From Litorivicinus sp. (GTDB lineage Bacteria > Pseudomonadota > Gammaproteobacteria > Pseudomonadales > Litorivicinaceae): 64,000 nt of DNA. Of this stretch, positions 37,918-46,944 are shown piece after piece. A program made the translations under genes and the position numbers. The notes under the pieces are model-generated. The model made no database searches and was not told the DNA's origin. It saw only the letters and a list, made by a program, of their open reading frames with translations. The stretch is taken from NCBI GenBank assembly GCA_009886945.1, contig QXYM01000031.1, positions 12,227 to 76,226 on the forward strand, given 5' to 3'. Each line of letters starts with the position of its first letter. Position 1 is the first letter of the stretch.

Positions 37918-39510
37918 TCAGTGCTCTCGGGTTTCCAAAAACTGAACGTCTGGCCAACGCTCTTGCATCAGCTGCAAATTCGCCCGTGATGGCGCCAGAT
38001 ACGTGAGATATCCACCACCATCGTCGGCGAGATTTTCATACGCCTTCTTTTTAAAATCAGCGAGCATTTTTGGATCGTCACATTTGATCCATCGGGCTGT
38101 GTACACATTGATTTGGTCATAAACCGCTTCCGCTTTGTACTCATCCAATAATCGAAAGGCCACCACATCAAACTGAAGAACACCGACGGCTCCGACAATT
38201 AAGTCGTTGTTTTTATGCGGCATGAATACCTGAGTCGCACCCTCTTCCGACAACTGGGTGAGCCCTTTCTGCAACTGTTTGGTTTTCAACGGATCTTTGA
38301 GACGGACACGTCGAAATAGCTCAGGCGCAAAATGCGGGATCCCGGTAAATTGCAGATCTTCTCCTTCGGTAAAGGTATCTCCAATTTGAATCGTGCCGTG
38401 ATTGTGAAGACCTAAAATATCGCCGGGGTATGCCTCTTCGGCCGATGCCCGATCACCGGCTAAAAAAGTCACGGCATCTGAGATTCTGACGTCTTTACCA
38501 ATCCGCGTATGCTTAATCTTCATGCCTTTTTTGTAGGCTCCTGAGCACACCCGTAGAAAGGCGATGCGGTCACGATGCTTCGGATCCATGTTCGCCTGAA
38601 TCTTAAAGACAAACCCGCTGAACTTCTCTTCAGTGGGATTCACTGCACGTGTTTCTGTTTCTCGCACGATGGGCTTTGGTGCATATTCCACAAAATCATT
38701 CAGCATCTCTCGCACACCAAAATTACCCATGGCCGTGCCAAAAAATACGGGCGTCAACTCACCGGCCAAAAATCGGTCAACCTCAAAGTCAGGAGTCGCT
38801 TCTCTAACGAGCTCAACCTGATCTGAAAAATCCTGCCACTCAGTCCCTAAAAGCTCACGCGCTTCATCTGAATCTAATCCCTGAATTCGGATATCATCAG
38901 GAATACGGTCGCCTTGACCTTTGACATAGACATGCAAAGTATCTGTTCTCAGGTGATAGACACCTTTGAAGTGCGGTCCCATCCCAATCGGCCAAGTCAC
39001 AGGTGTCGCGTGGATCTTCAAAACCTCTTCGACCTCATCCATCAATTCGATGGGATCACGAATATCACGGTCTAACTTATTGACGAATGAAACAATCGGC
39101 GTGGTCCGTAGTCGGCATACCTGCATCAATTTGATGGTGCGATCCTCGACGCCTTTAGCGCCATCAAGCACCATCAATGCCGAGTCCACCGCGGTCAAAG
39201 TACGGTAGGTGTCTTCGGAAAAATCCTCGTGCCCAGGGGTATCCAGAAGATTGACAACTCGACCCTGATAGGGAAATTGCATCACCGAAGTGGTCACCGA
39301 AATGCCACGTTCTTGTTCCATCTGCATCCAGTCAGATGTTGCATGCCGCGCTGCTTTTCTTGCCTTGACGGTTCCTGCGACCGAAATCGCATTGCCGAAC
39401 AGCAAGAGCTTCTCGGTCATGGTGGTTTTACCAGCGTCAGGGTGCGAAATGATGGCGAATGTGCGTCGAATCGCACCTTCCCGTTCAATTTGATTCACGT
39501 TGGGTCTCAA
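37918..39510 (-). CDS. prfC: Peptide chain release factor 3
   Basis: The sequence [25 protein letters not shown] and the motif DTPGHEDF are present, and the length is 530 aa. Confidence 0.95.
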   Translation of the reverse strand: MRPNVNQIEREGAIRRTFAIISHPDAGKTTMTEKLLLFGNAISVAGTVKARKAARHATSDWMQMEQERGISVTTSVMQFPYQGRVVNLLDTPGHEDFSEDTYRTLTAVDSALMVLDGAKGVEDRTIKLMQVCRLRTTPIVSFVNKLDRDIRDPIELMDEVEEVLKIHATPVTWPIGMGPHFKGVYHLRTDTLHVYVKGQGDRIPDDIRIQGLDSDEARELLGTEWQDFSDQVELVREATPDFEVDRFLAGELTPVFFGTAMGNFGVREMLNDFVEYAPKPIVRETETRAVNPTEEKFSGFVFKIQANMDPKHRDRIAFLRVCSGAYKKGMKIKHTRIGKDVRISDAVTFLAGDRASAEEAYPGDILGLHNHGTIQIGDTFTEGEDLQFTGIPHFAPELFRRVRLKDPLKTKQLQKGLTQLSEEGATQVFMPHKNNDLIVGAVGVLQFDVVAFRLLDEYKAEAVYDQINVYTARWIKCDDPKMLADFKKKAYENLADDGGGYLTYLAPSRANLQLMQERWPDVQFLETREH

Positions 39511-39562
39511 TCAGTGTTTCTAGCGCGCGAAGTGTATAGAAGTGTTTGAAAAACGCCAAACT

Positions 39563-41161
39563 TCAGGATTGCTTCACGTATCGACCCGGCGCTTCCTCGA
39601 TCACGGGTCGAATCCCCCCGCCTGGCGCCGGTGGTGATACAGATGGTCCTTGCTGCTTCTCTAGGAATTCATTCCAGGTCAACCACCAACTTCCCTCAGA
39701 TCGTACCGCGATCGTTTTATTCAACCAGTCCGATGAATCTAAGCGATAGTGGTCATGCCGTTGTTTGGTGGGTGGGCTGATGACGCCCGCATTATGGCCA
39801 CCTTGGCCAAGCACGCACACAGGCTCTACACCAAAGCGATCGGCGGCCATCATCACACTCTGCCAAGGGCTAATGTCATCGCTTTCCGTGGCGAGAAGAA
39901 ACGTGGGGCAGTCGATGGCAGAGAGATCGATCGACTGACCGGCAAGCTGCATTTGCGACTCACTCACCAACGCATTCTTCAAATAGAGTTGCTCCAAAAT
40001 CCACAGCACCAAAGAGGCAGGTGTTCGAGTGCCGTCACCAAGCCAGTGCAGAAGAGGAAAGGGCTTTGCACGTTGGCCGAGTACATAAGAATTCAACATG
40101 CGCCCGAACAGGAGATCATGCGGCCGTAAGCTTGCAAAGGTCCGCAACATCAGTTCGGCCGGTAAGTAACCCATCTCTGTTAAAGGTTTCCGAAGCGATT
40201 CAATCGTCTCTGCAGACACGAACTGGCCCAAGGGTCCGGGATCTGAATAATCCAACAGGGTTGTTAAAAGCGACAATGAGGCGATGCGATCTTCACCGCG
40301 CGCCTTCAACCAAGCAGTCAGCAGCGTTGCAACCACCCCACCGGCACAGTAGCCCATCAATTGTGTCCGAGTCCTCGGCAACATGCGATCGATCTGATCC
40401 AGTGCAGCCAACCCACCGTCCAACACATAATGCGTCATGTCATAGGGTGCCAGCATCTCTGTTGGATTAATCCAACTCATCAGGAATACCGTATGGCCTT
40501 GATCAACCAGCCAACGGACCATCGAATACTCGCCGGAGAGATCCAAAATATAAAACCGATTCACAAAAGCAGGAATTAACAGAATCGGATTTTGATGCAC
40601 CGACTCGGTCGCTGGTCGATACTGGATCAACTGAAACAGTTGATTCTCGAAAACCACATCGCCTGGCGTTGAGGCCAAATTACGACCCAAAGAAAACGCA
40701 TCCGGTCTTAACGTATCAGGCAAGATGGCACCTGCAAGAATATCTTGGCGCCAATTCTCGAGACCTTGTTCAACATTCATCTCACCGGCCTCAAACGTGG
40801 ACCGGAGTTTGACCAGCAAATCGTCAGTCGCCTGAACTTGTCGGATGAGCCACAAAATCTGCGATCGATCAAAACCACCCACCTCTGGAAATGACGAGCT
40901 GACCTCATCAAATAGTCGCGACCAAGCAGAGTCGTCAGTCTCTGCATCCAGAAGAGCGCTCAGTAATTTCGGGAAGAGTTGACTTGAGAATGCCCGGAAT
41001 CGATCAGGGTCCTCAACCGAAAGCGCAGTGAGCAAACGCCCGAAATCATGGGCTCCGGACGGTTCAAAGAATGGAAGTAATTGGCTTTCCGCGGTCAATC
41101 TGGCAAGCCAAGCCTGAATCCATTCGTGTTTTGACGGGTCAAAGCCCTGTAATCCTTGCAA
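39563..41161 (-). CDS. phaC: Poly(3-hydroxyalkanoate) synthase
   Basis: It is an alpha/beta hydrolase with the PhaC lipase-box variant GYCAGG (LMGYCAGGVV). It lies next to phaR and a phasin gene. The ORF begins with a TTG at 41161, so the true start is uncertain. Confidence 0.82.
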   Translation of the reverse strand: MQGLQGFDPSKHEWIQAWLARLTAESQLLPFFEPSGAHDFGRLLTALSVEDPDRFRAFSSQLFPKLLSALLDAETDDSAWSRLFDEVSSSFPEVGGFDRSQILWLIRQVQATDDLLVKLRSTFEAGEMNVEQGLENWRQDILAGAILPDTLRPDAFSLGRNLASTPGDVVFENQLFQLIQYRPATESVHQNPILLIPAFVNRFYILDLSGEYSMVRWLVDQGHTVFLMSWINPTEMLAPYDMTHYVLDGGLAALDQIDRMLPRTRTQLMGYCAGGVVATLLTAWLKARGEDRIASLSLLTTLLDYSDPGPLGQFVSAETIESLRKPLTEMGYLPAELMLRTFASLRPHDLLFGRMLNSYVLGQRAKPFPLLHWLGDGTRTPASLVLWILEQLYLKNALVSESQMQLAGQSIDLSAIDCPTFLLATESDDISPWQSVMMAADRFGVEPVCVLGQGGHNAGVISPPTKQRHDHYRLDSSDWLNKTIAVRSEGSWWLTWNEFLEKQQGPSVSPPAPGGGIRPVIEEAPGRYVKQS

Positions 41162-41242
41162 ACCCAGCCTCTCAAACTTTTTGCGCTCGCATCAATTTGT
41201 GAGTATCTTCCGTAAGAATAATTCACATAAACAGGCATTCCC

Positions 41243-41698
41243 ATGCGAACACTGAAAAAATACCCCAATCGCCGACTCTACGACACGTCGCAAAGCTGCT
41301 ACGTAACCATAGATAACGTTCGGGATTTAGTGCTTGGCCATGAACGCTTTCGTGTGGTGGATTCCAAATCCGGAGATGATCTCACGCGCTCCATCCTACT
41401 CCAGATCATTATGGAACAGGAAAATGATGCTGGCGAGCACGTGCTCACCAACGAAGTGCTTCAGCACTTAATCCGTTTCTACGGATCAGGCATGCAAACC
41501 AACATGGCGCATTTCCTCGAACAATCCATTTCATTTTTCTTGAACCAACAAGAAGTCATGCAGGACCAAGTTCGCTCCGTGATTGGTGCGACCTCGCCCA
41601 TTGGCGTACTGCAGAAAATGACTGAAGACAACATGAAACTCTGGGAATCCATGTCTCAAACCATACTGGGCGGCAAGCCTTCGACCAAAGACGAATAA
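41243..41698 (+). CDS. phaR: Polyhydroxyalkanoate synthesis repressor PhaR
   Basis: The sequence LKKYPNRRLYDTSQSCYVTIDNVRDLV is the hallmark PhaR N-terminus. Confidence 0.92.
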   Translation: MRTLKKYPNRRLYDTSQSCYVTIDNVRDLVLGHERFRVVDSKSGDDLTRSILLQIIMEQENDAGEHVLTNEVLQHLIRFYGSGMQTNMAHFLEQSISFFLNQQEVMQDQVRSVIGATSPIGVLQKMTEDNMKLWESMSQTILGGKPSTKDE

Positions 41699-41705
41699 GT
41701 TTTTT

Positions 41706-41782
41706 GGTGCAACGCACAAAAAAGTGTTGACGTTGCACTGCAACATGATATCTTTCTCTCAAATCTTGTGCATCGCACAAAA
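41706..41782 (+). promoter_or_regulatory. phaP promoter with candidate PhaR operators
   Basis: The -35 TTGACG is at 41727-41732, followed by a 16-nt spacer and TGaTATCTT (extended -10) at 41746-41754. A direct repeat, TGCAACGCACAAAA (41708-41721) and TGCATCGCACAAAA (41769-41782), flanks the promoter. The palindrome GTTGCAcTGCAAC (41732-41744) sits in the spacer. Confidence 0.55.
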
Positions 41783-41802
41783 CCATTGAAAGGGGAATGA
41801 TT

Positions 41803-42168
41803 ATGTACGCAAAAATGATCGAAGATATGCAGGCTAACATGAAGCAAGCGTTTGACATGAAGTCTTACGAAACTGCAATGAAGCCAATGACTGACTTGTT
41901 CGAAATCAACAAAGCAACTGTTGAAGCTCTTGCTGAACAGCAGACTGCGCTTGTTAAAGAACTCGCAGAAGGCGCGATGGAGCAAGCAAAAGCTCTGTCA
42001 GCTGAAAAAGATTTGGCTGCTGTTGTTGAATCACAGAAGTCTTACCTTCAGGGCCTTCAAGCTCGCTTGATCGACGCTGCTAAAGCTTCACAGGAAACTC
42101 TTGTGAAGAGCCGCGACGAAGCAACTAACGTTGTTAAAGGCGCTATCGAGACTGCGACTAAGCACTAA
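41803..42168 (+). CDS. phaP: Phasin (PHA granule-associated protein)
   Basis: The product is Ala/Glu/Lys-rich and helical, with FEINKATVEALAEQQTALVKEL typical of the phasin family. The ATG at 41803 has GGGG 7 nt upstream, and the ATG at 41797 is an alternative. Confidence 0.85.
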   Translation: MYAKMIEDMQANMKQAFDMKSYETAMKPMTDLFEINKATVEALAEQQTALVKELAEGAMEQAKALSAEKDLAAVVESQKSYLQGLQARLIDAAKASQETLVKSRDEATNVVKGAIETATKH

Positions 42169-42186
42169 TCGCTCAGTCGACTCGAG

Positions 42187-42218
42187 AAAAGAGGAACTTC
42201 GGTTCCTCTTTTTTTTTG
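42187..42218 (+). terminator. Rho-independent terminator after phaP
   Basis: The stem is aagaggaac (42189-42197) and gttcctctt (42202-42210) with loop ttcg, followed by a run of T residues. Confidence 0.85.
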
Positions 42219-42263
42219 GTCAAAACACCCTACCATTAGGGGATATTGATAAGGATACTCCCC

Positions 42264-43256
42264 ATGACCGATTTTCGCGCACTCCGCTTACACCAAACAG
42301 ACACTGCAACTCCAGACGTGAAGATTGAGCGCCTCACTGCTGATGATCTCTCAACCGGAAATGTGTTGATTGCCAATGAATTCAGTTCCCTCAACTACAA
42401 AGACGCGTTGGCTGTGACAGGCAAAGGGAAAATTATCCGTCATTTTCCAATGATTCCAGGTATTGATGCAGCCGGTGTGGTCTTGGAATCTGATGATCCT
42501 CAATTTCATCCCGGTGAGCACGTGATTCTGACCGGACACGGTGTTGGTGAAACACACACTGGCGGAATGTCAGAACAGGTTCGGGTGCCTGGCTCCTATC
42601 TCGTTAAAACACCTCATGCGCTGGACAGTCGTCAAGCGATGCAGTTTGGGACCGGCGGTCTGACGGGGATGCTTTGCGTCATCGCGCTACTGGATTCGGG
42701 CGTCAAACCCGCTGATGGGCCGATCGCCGTCTCTGGAGCCGGTGGTGGCGTGGGAGGCATCGCCACCACTGTGCTGTCCACTCTAGGCTATGAAGTACAT
42801 GCCATTACCGGTCGTGAGTCTGAACATGCGCGATTGAAACAATTGGGCGCCACAGAAATTCTCGATCGAGCCGATTTCACCCGCGATCCAAAACCATTAG
42901 AAAGTACCCGTTTTGCAGGTGCCATCGATACCGCAGGTGGCCAGATCCTTGCGACCTTAATTCCCCAAATCATGTATAACGGTGTGATCGCAGCCACCGG
43001 AAATGCTGGTGGATTCCAGTTTTCGACAACCGTCTTCCCATTTATCTTGAGAAACATTCGATTACAGGGTGTTGATTCAGTTCATGCACCCACCGAAACT
43101 CGTGAGCGCGCATGGCAATTACTGTCAGAAAACGTCACTACCGATCAACTCGATGCCAGCACACGGACCATTGGGCTTGAGGACGTCAAAGACACCGCCG
43201 AGCAACTCATCAACAATGAAGTGTCAGGGCGGATTCTGATTGACGTGCGCGCTTAA
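42264..43256 (+). CDS. MDR-family NADPH:quinone/acrylyl-CoA reductase (YhdH/AcuI-like)
   Basis: The N-terminus is MTDFRALRLHQTD...VKIERLTADDLS. The sequences SSLNYKDALAVTGKGKIIR and VSGAGGGVGG are typical of the YhdH/YhfP subfamily. Confidence 0.82.
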   Translation: MTDFRALRLHQTDTATPDVKIERLTADDLSTGNVLIANEFSSLNYKDALAVTGKGKIIRHFPMIPGIDAAGVVLESDDPQFHPGEHVILTGHGVGETHTGGMSEQVRVPGSYLVKTPHALDSRQAMQFGTGGLTGMLCVIALLDSGVKPADGPIAVSGAGGGVGGIATTVLSTLGYEVHAITGRESEHARLKQLGATEILDRADFTRDPKPLESTRFAGAIDTAGGQILATLIPQIMYNGVIAATGNAGGFQFSTTVFPFILRNIRLQGVDSVHAPTETRERAWQLLSENVTTDQLDASTRTIGLEDVKDTAEQLINNEVSGRILIDVRA

Positions 43257-44308
43257 TGCGCGCCGTCGAGGTGCTGCCGAAGTTCTGCCAGTCGACTCAA
43301 GCGTAGCTCCAACTCCGAGTGTTTCGCGTGACGCTCTGCGACCAGACGCTCAACATAATCAAGGACTTTCTTTTCGAGCTTTTTTCGATTCAGGCGGTTG
43401 ATGTTCGTAATGCCCCCAGGGTTCAACACGTTCACCTCTAAAAGCTTGTTACCGATTAAATCTAAACCCACGAAGTGCAGTCCATCAGCCATTAATTGCG
43501 GACCAATTTTCCGAAGCAGTTGATGCTGTTCGTCGGACAACGTCACCGCGTGCGCTGTTGCACCAGCTTGGATATTGGCTCGAATGTCGTCAGGTGACGG
43601 TCGACGTTGATAAGCCCCTAGATATTCTCCGCCTAACATCAACACTCGAACATCGCCCTCTTGAGCGGCTTCAAGATATTCTTGGAGGATGACATAGTTA
43701 CTCTGGCCATGATTCGAATCGATGTAAAAATCGAGTAACGAATTCAACGATCCCTGAGCTTTGGTCTCTAGAAGAATGACACCGCGCCCACCGGATCCAT
43801 CTAATGGCTTTAAAATCCAACAATCTCGGTCAGATTCCCGAATGATGCGTTTCAAATATTCTTTGTTTTTAGAGACGTAAGTTTCTGGAAGATACTCAGG
43901 ACCAACGGTATGGAAGCTGGTGGTATAGATTTTATTGTTTGCCTTACGAATGCCATCCACGTCATTCAGAACGACTGTCTCTGCTTTGATGGAATCAAGG
44001 AAATTCAGAACAATTGGATCAAGTGGCGGATCCCGACGAACAAAAATGGCATCCAGTGAATGCAGTGGCAACATTTTCTCAGAGAGCGTGACCTTCTTAT
44101 AAAACGTTGGCACCGAATCAGACACCTTACCCTCAACATTGACTCGACGAGCAAACCCGTAAGCCACGTTATCGCGCACAGTCAGGTTTCTGGGGTACAA
44201 AATATAGGTTTGATGACCACGAGCCACGGCCTCACGAATCATGGCGAGTGTAGAACTCTTTCCCGGCGTCATCTCGGTCCAATCGGCCACAACAAAAGCA
44301 ATCCGCAT
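43253..44308 (-). CDS. ATP-grasp protein related to prokaryotic glutathione synthetase (GshB-like paralogue)
   Basis: It aligns by eye with E. coli GshB at four regions: GKSSTLAMIREAVARGH (KDSSFAMLLEAQRRGY), DAIFVRRDPP (DVILMRKDPP), ILKPLDGSGGRGV (ILKPLDGMGGASI) and FVGLDLIGNKLLEVNV (FVGLDIIGDRLTEINV). It has an extra coiled-coil-like C-terminal tail. Confidence 0.75.
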   Translation of the reverse strand: MRIAFVVADWTEMTPGKSSTLAMIREAVARGHQTYILYPRNLTVRDNVAYGFARRVNVEGKVSDSVPTFYKKVTLSEKMLPLHSLDAIFVRRDPPLDPIVLNFLDSIKAETVVLNDVDGIRKANNKIYTTSFHTVGPEYLPETYVSKNKEYLKRIIRESDRDCWILKPLDGSGGRGVILLETKAQGSLNSLLDFYIDSNHGQSNYVILQEYLEAAQEGDVRVLMLGGEYLGAYQRRPSPDDIRANIQAGATAHAVTLSDEQHQLLRKIGPQLMADGLHFVGLDLIGNKLLEVNVLNPGGITNINRLNRKKLEKKVLDYVERLVAERHAKHSELELRLSRLAELRQHLDGAH

Positions 44309-44340
44309 GGAACCCTCCGCGGTAGAGATCAAAAGCGGCG

Positions 44341-44607
44341 CTATGAATACAATCGATTGGTCGTCTCGGCAAGCGAAATATCGCGAGACGTCACACCTTT
44401 TGCATCATGAGACCACCAATCGACCCGCACACGGCCCCAACTTACCGTAATTTCGGGATGGTGGTCAGCAGCATCAGCAGCTTCACCAACACGGGTCGCA
44501 AACGCCATTGCTTGACTGAAATCATCAAACTGAAAGGTACGAGTCAGCACCTGAACTCCACCTTTCAGCTCTTTGTTCCAATCCTGAGGGGCGCGCTCCA
44601 TCATCAC
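44341..44607 (-). CDS. Pterin-4a-carbinolamine dehydratase (COG2154)
   Basis: The full catalytic motif is present: D-AAD-HHP-EITVS-W-x9-H-x8-D (DAADHHPEITVSWGRVRVDWWSHDAKGVTSRD). Confidence 0.88.
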   Translation of the reverse strand: MMMERAPQDWNKELKGGVQVLTRTFQFDDFSQAMAFATRVGEAADAADHHPEITVSWGRVRVDWWSHDAKGVTSRDISLAETTNRLYS

Positions 44608-44706
44608 CTCTCTGATTAATTTTTACTCAAATAGAACAATAGTTTATCACGCAGAAATCCAGCATCAAGAGGTCGCTGAGATCGACTCTCTCAACGACCA
44701 TCAAAG

Positions 44707-46221
44707 CTATCCAATGTTTTTGGCCAAGATTTTTTGTGCCCACTCCGCAGGACCTGTCTGATGAACGCTGGTTCCCTCTGCGTCAACAGCAACAGTCACA
44801 GGCATGTCTTCCACCACAAATTCGTGAATCGCCTCCATCCCCAAATCCTCAAACGCAATGATGCGAGAAGATTTAATCGCTTGCGCAACCAGATAAGCCG
44901 CTCCACCGACGGCCATGAGATAGGCCGCTTGATGTTTCTTGATGGCCTCGATCGCTACAGGCCCACGCTCCGCCTTACCAACCATCGCAAACAACCCTGT
45001 TTGCTCAAGCACTTGATCAGTAAATTTATCCATTCGAGTCGAGGTCGTAGGACCCGCCGGTCCAACCACTTCATCCCGAACCGGGTCCACGGGTCCAACG
45101 TAATAAATCACCTTACCCGACAGGTCGACAGGCAGGGTTTCGCCTCGGTTGAGCATTGCCACAATCCGTTGATGGGCAGCATCACGACCAGTCAGCATGA
45201 CTCCGTTTAACAATAACGTTTCACCTGGCTTCCAAGACGTCACCTCATCACGCGTTAAAGTATCGAGATTCACGCGGCGCGCACTCGGGCCAACGTCCCA
45301 GGTAATATCAGGCCATTGATCGATTGATGGCGCTTTCTGTAGTGCAGGGCCTGATCCATCCAACACAAAATGCGCGTGGCGGGTTGCTGCACAATTCGGG
45401 ATCATCGCAACAGGCTTGGATGCCGCATGCGTTGGATAGTCTTTAATCTTAACGTCCAAAACCGTGGTCAATCCACCAAGACCCTGGGCGCCGATGCCTA
45501 GATTGTTCACCGCCTCAAAAATCTCGAGGCGGAGCTCTTCTGCACGGGTCTTTGGACCTCGCTCGCGCAACTCATGAATATCAATCGGATCCATGAGTGA
45601 TTCTTTGGCCATCACCGCCGCTTTTTCGGCTGTGCCACCGATCCCAATCCCAAGCATCCCTGGCGGACACCAGCCCGCGCCCATGGTCGGCACAGTCTTG
45701 ACGACCCAGTCGACAATCGAATCAGACGGATTCAGCATGACCATCTTCGATTTGTTTTCCGATCCACCACCCTTCGCCGCGACCTGAACATCAACCGTAT
45801 GACCTTCAACAATCTCGTAGTGAATCACTGCCGGTGTATTATCTTTGGTGTTCTTCCGAGCGCCATCAGGATCCTCAAGAATCGATGCGCGCAACACGTT
45901 ATCCGGATGCGTGTACGCTCGACGCACACCCTCATTAATCATGTCAGTGACCGACATGGTTGCCCCATCCCAAGTCACATGCATACCCACTTTGATGAAG
46001 ACGGTGACAATTCCGGTGTCCTGACATAACGGCCGATGACCCATGGCTGACATTCGCGAATTGATCAGAATTTGTGCCAACGCATCCTTCGCTGCAGGCG
46101 ATTCTTCACGCTCATAGGCTTCATTCACTGCTTGGATAAAATCCACTGGGTGGTAGTAGGAAATAAACTGAAGTGCATCGGCGACACTATCGATCAAATC
46201 GTCCTGACGAATCGCGGTCAT
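44707..46221 (-). CDS. fumA: Class I (Fe-S) fumarate hydratase
   Basis: The 504-aa product is a fused alpha/beta type with PLCQDTGIVTVF and a C-terminal beta domain (GKAERGP...GGAAYL). Confidence 0.92.
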   Translation of the reverse strand: MTAIRQDDLIDSVADALQFISYYHPVDFIQAVNEAYEREESPAAKDALAQILINSRMSAMGHRPLCQDTGIVTVFIKVGMHVTWDGATMSVTDMINEGVRRAYTHPDNVLRASILEDPDGARKNTKDNTPAVIHYEIVEGHTVDVQVAAKGGGSENKSKMVMLNPSDSIVDWVVKTVPTMGAGWCPPGMLGIGIGGTAEKAAVMAKESLMDPIDIHELRERGPKTRAEELRLEIFEAVNNLGIGAQGLGGLTTVLDVKIKDYPTHAASKPVAMIPNCAATRHAHFVLDGSGPALQKAPSIDQWPDITWDVGPSARRVNLDTLTRDEVTSWKPGETLLLNGVMLTGRDAAHQRIVAMLNRGETLPVDLSGKVIYYVGPVDPVRDEVVGPAGPTTSTRMDKFTDQVLEQTGLFAMVGKAERGPVAIEAIKKHQAAYLMAVGGAAYLVAQAIKSSRIIAFEDLGMEAIHEFVVEDMPVTVAVDAEGTSVHQTGPAEWAQKILAKNIG

Positions 46222-46404
46222 GAGGTCATCATCCTTCGTTGTTGAGATGGGATCTGAAGCCTACCAGAAGTGCTCGAAAAACGTATTCTCAGAAAGGATG
46301 AAACGACCACCTCATGCAAAAACTGCACATCATTCAGCCTCAAGCCGGGTTTCTGGTACACTGCTGTTTTTGATTATAGCTGCCCTAAGAGGCTACGAGG
46401 ATTC

Positions 46405-46914
46405 ATGCAAAACCAATACAACCGGGAAGAACTTCTCGACTGCGCGCATGGCAAATTATTCGGTGAAGGCAATGCGAAATTGCCCGCACCTAACATGCTG
46501 ATGATGGATCGAATCACCACGATCACATCAGACGGTGGACAGCATGGGAAAGGCCACATGATCGCTGAACTCGATATTGATCCAAGTCTTTGGTTTTTTG
46601 CGTGTCATTTCCCTGGTGATCCGGTGATGCCTGGTTGTTTAGGACTCGACGCCATGTGGCAGCTGGTTGGCTTTTTCCTTGGCTGGAGCGGGCATCCTGG
46701 CAAGGGACGCGCACTAGGTGTCGGCGAAGTCAAATTTACAGGCCAGATTCTACCAACCGCCAAGACTGTGACTTACGAAATTGAAATGAAACGTGTCATC
46801 GCACGTTCTTTGGTCATGGGACTTGGGGACGGGGTGGTTCGCGTCGATGGTCGCGCCATTTATCACGCCACAGACCTGAAAGTCGGCCTATTCACATCGA
46901 CTGACGGATTCTAA
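46405..46914 (+). CDS. fabA: 3-hydroxydecanoyl-ACP dehydratase/isomerase
   Basis: The N-terminus is [33 protein letters not shown], and the active-site region is [24 protein letters not shown]. The ATG is at 46405. Confidence 0.95.
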   Translation: MQNQYNREELLDCAHGKLFGEGNAKLPAPNMLMMDRITTITSDGGQHGKGHMIAELDIDPSLWFFACHFPGDPVMPGCLGLDAMWQLVGFFLGWSGHPGKGRALGVGEVKFTGQILPTAKTVTYEIEMKRVIARSLVMGLGDGVVRVDGRAIYHATDLKVGLFTSTDGF

Positions 46915-46944
46915 TCACAAACGCACCACGAGAAAGGAGTCAGT

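Noticed and set aside
44650-44706. A possible terminator after fumA (GAGAGTCG...CGACCTCTT).
   Set aside because: The stem is imperfect, short and bulged, with no following U-tract on the minus strand.
46351-46380. A fabA promoter or FabR/DesT-type operator around TGGTACACTGCTGTTTTTGATTATAGC.
   Set aside because: I could not identify a convincing -35/-10 pair or palindrome, and I do not remember the operator consensus well enough to claim a match.
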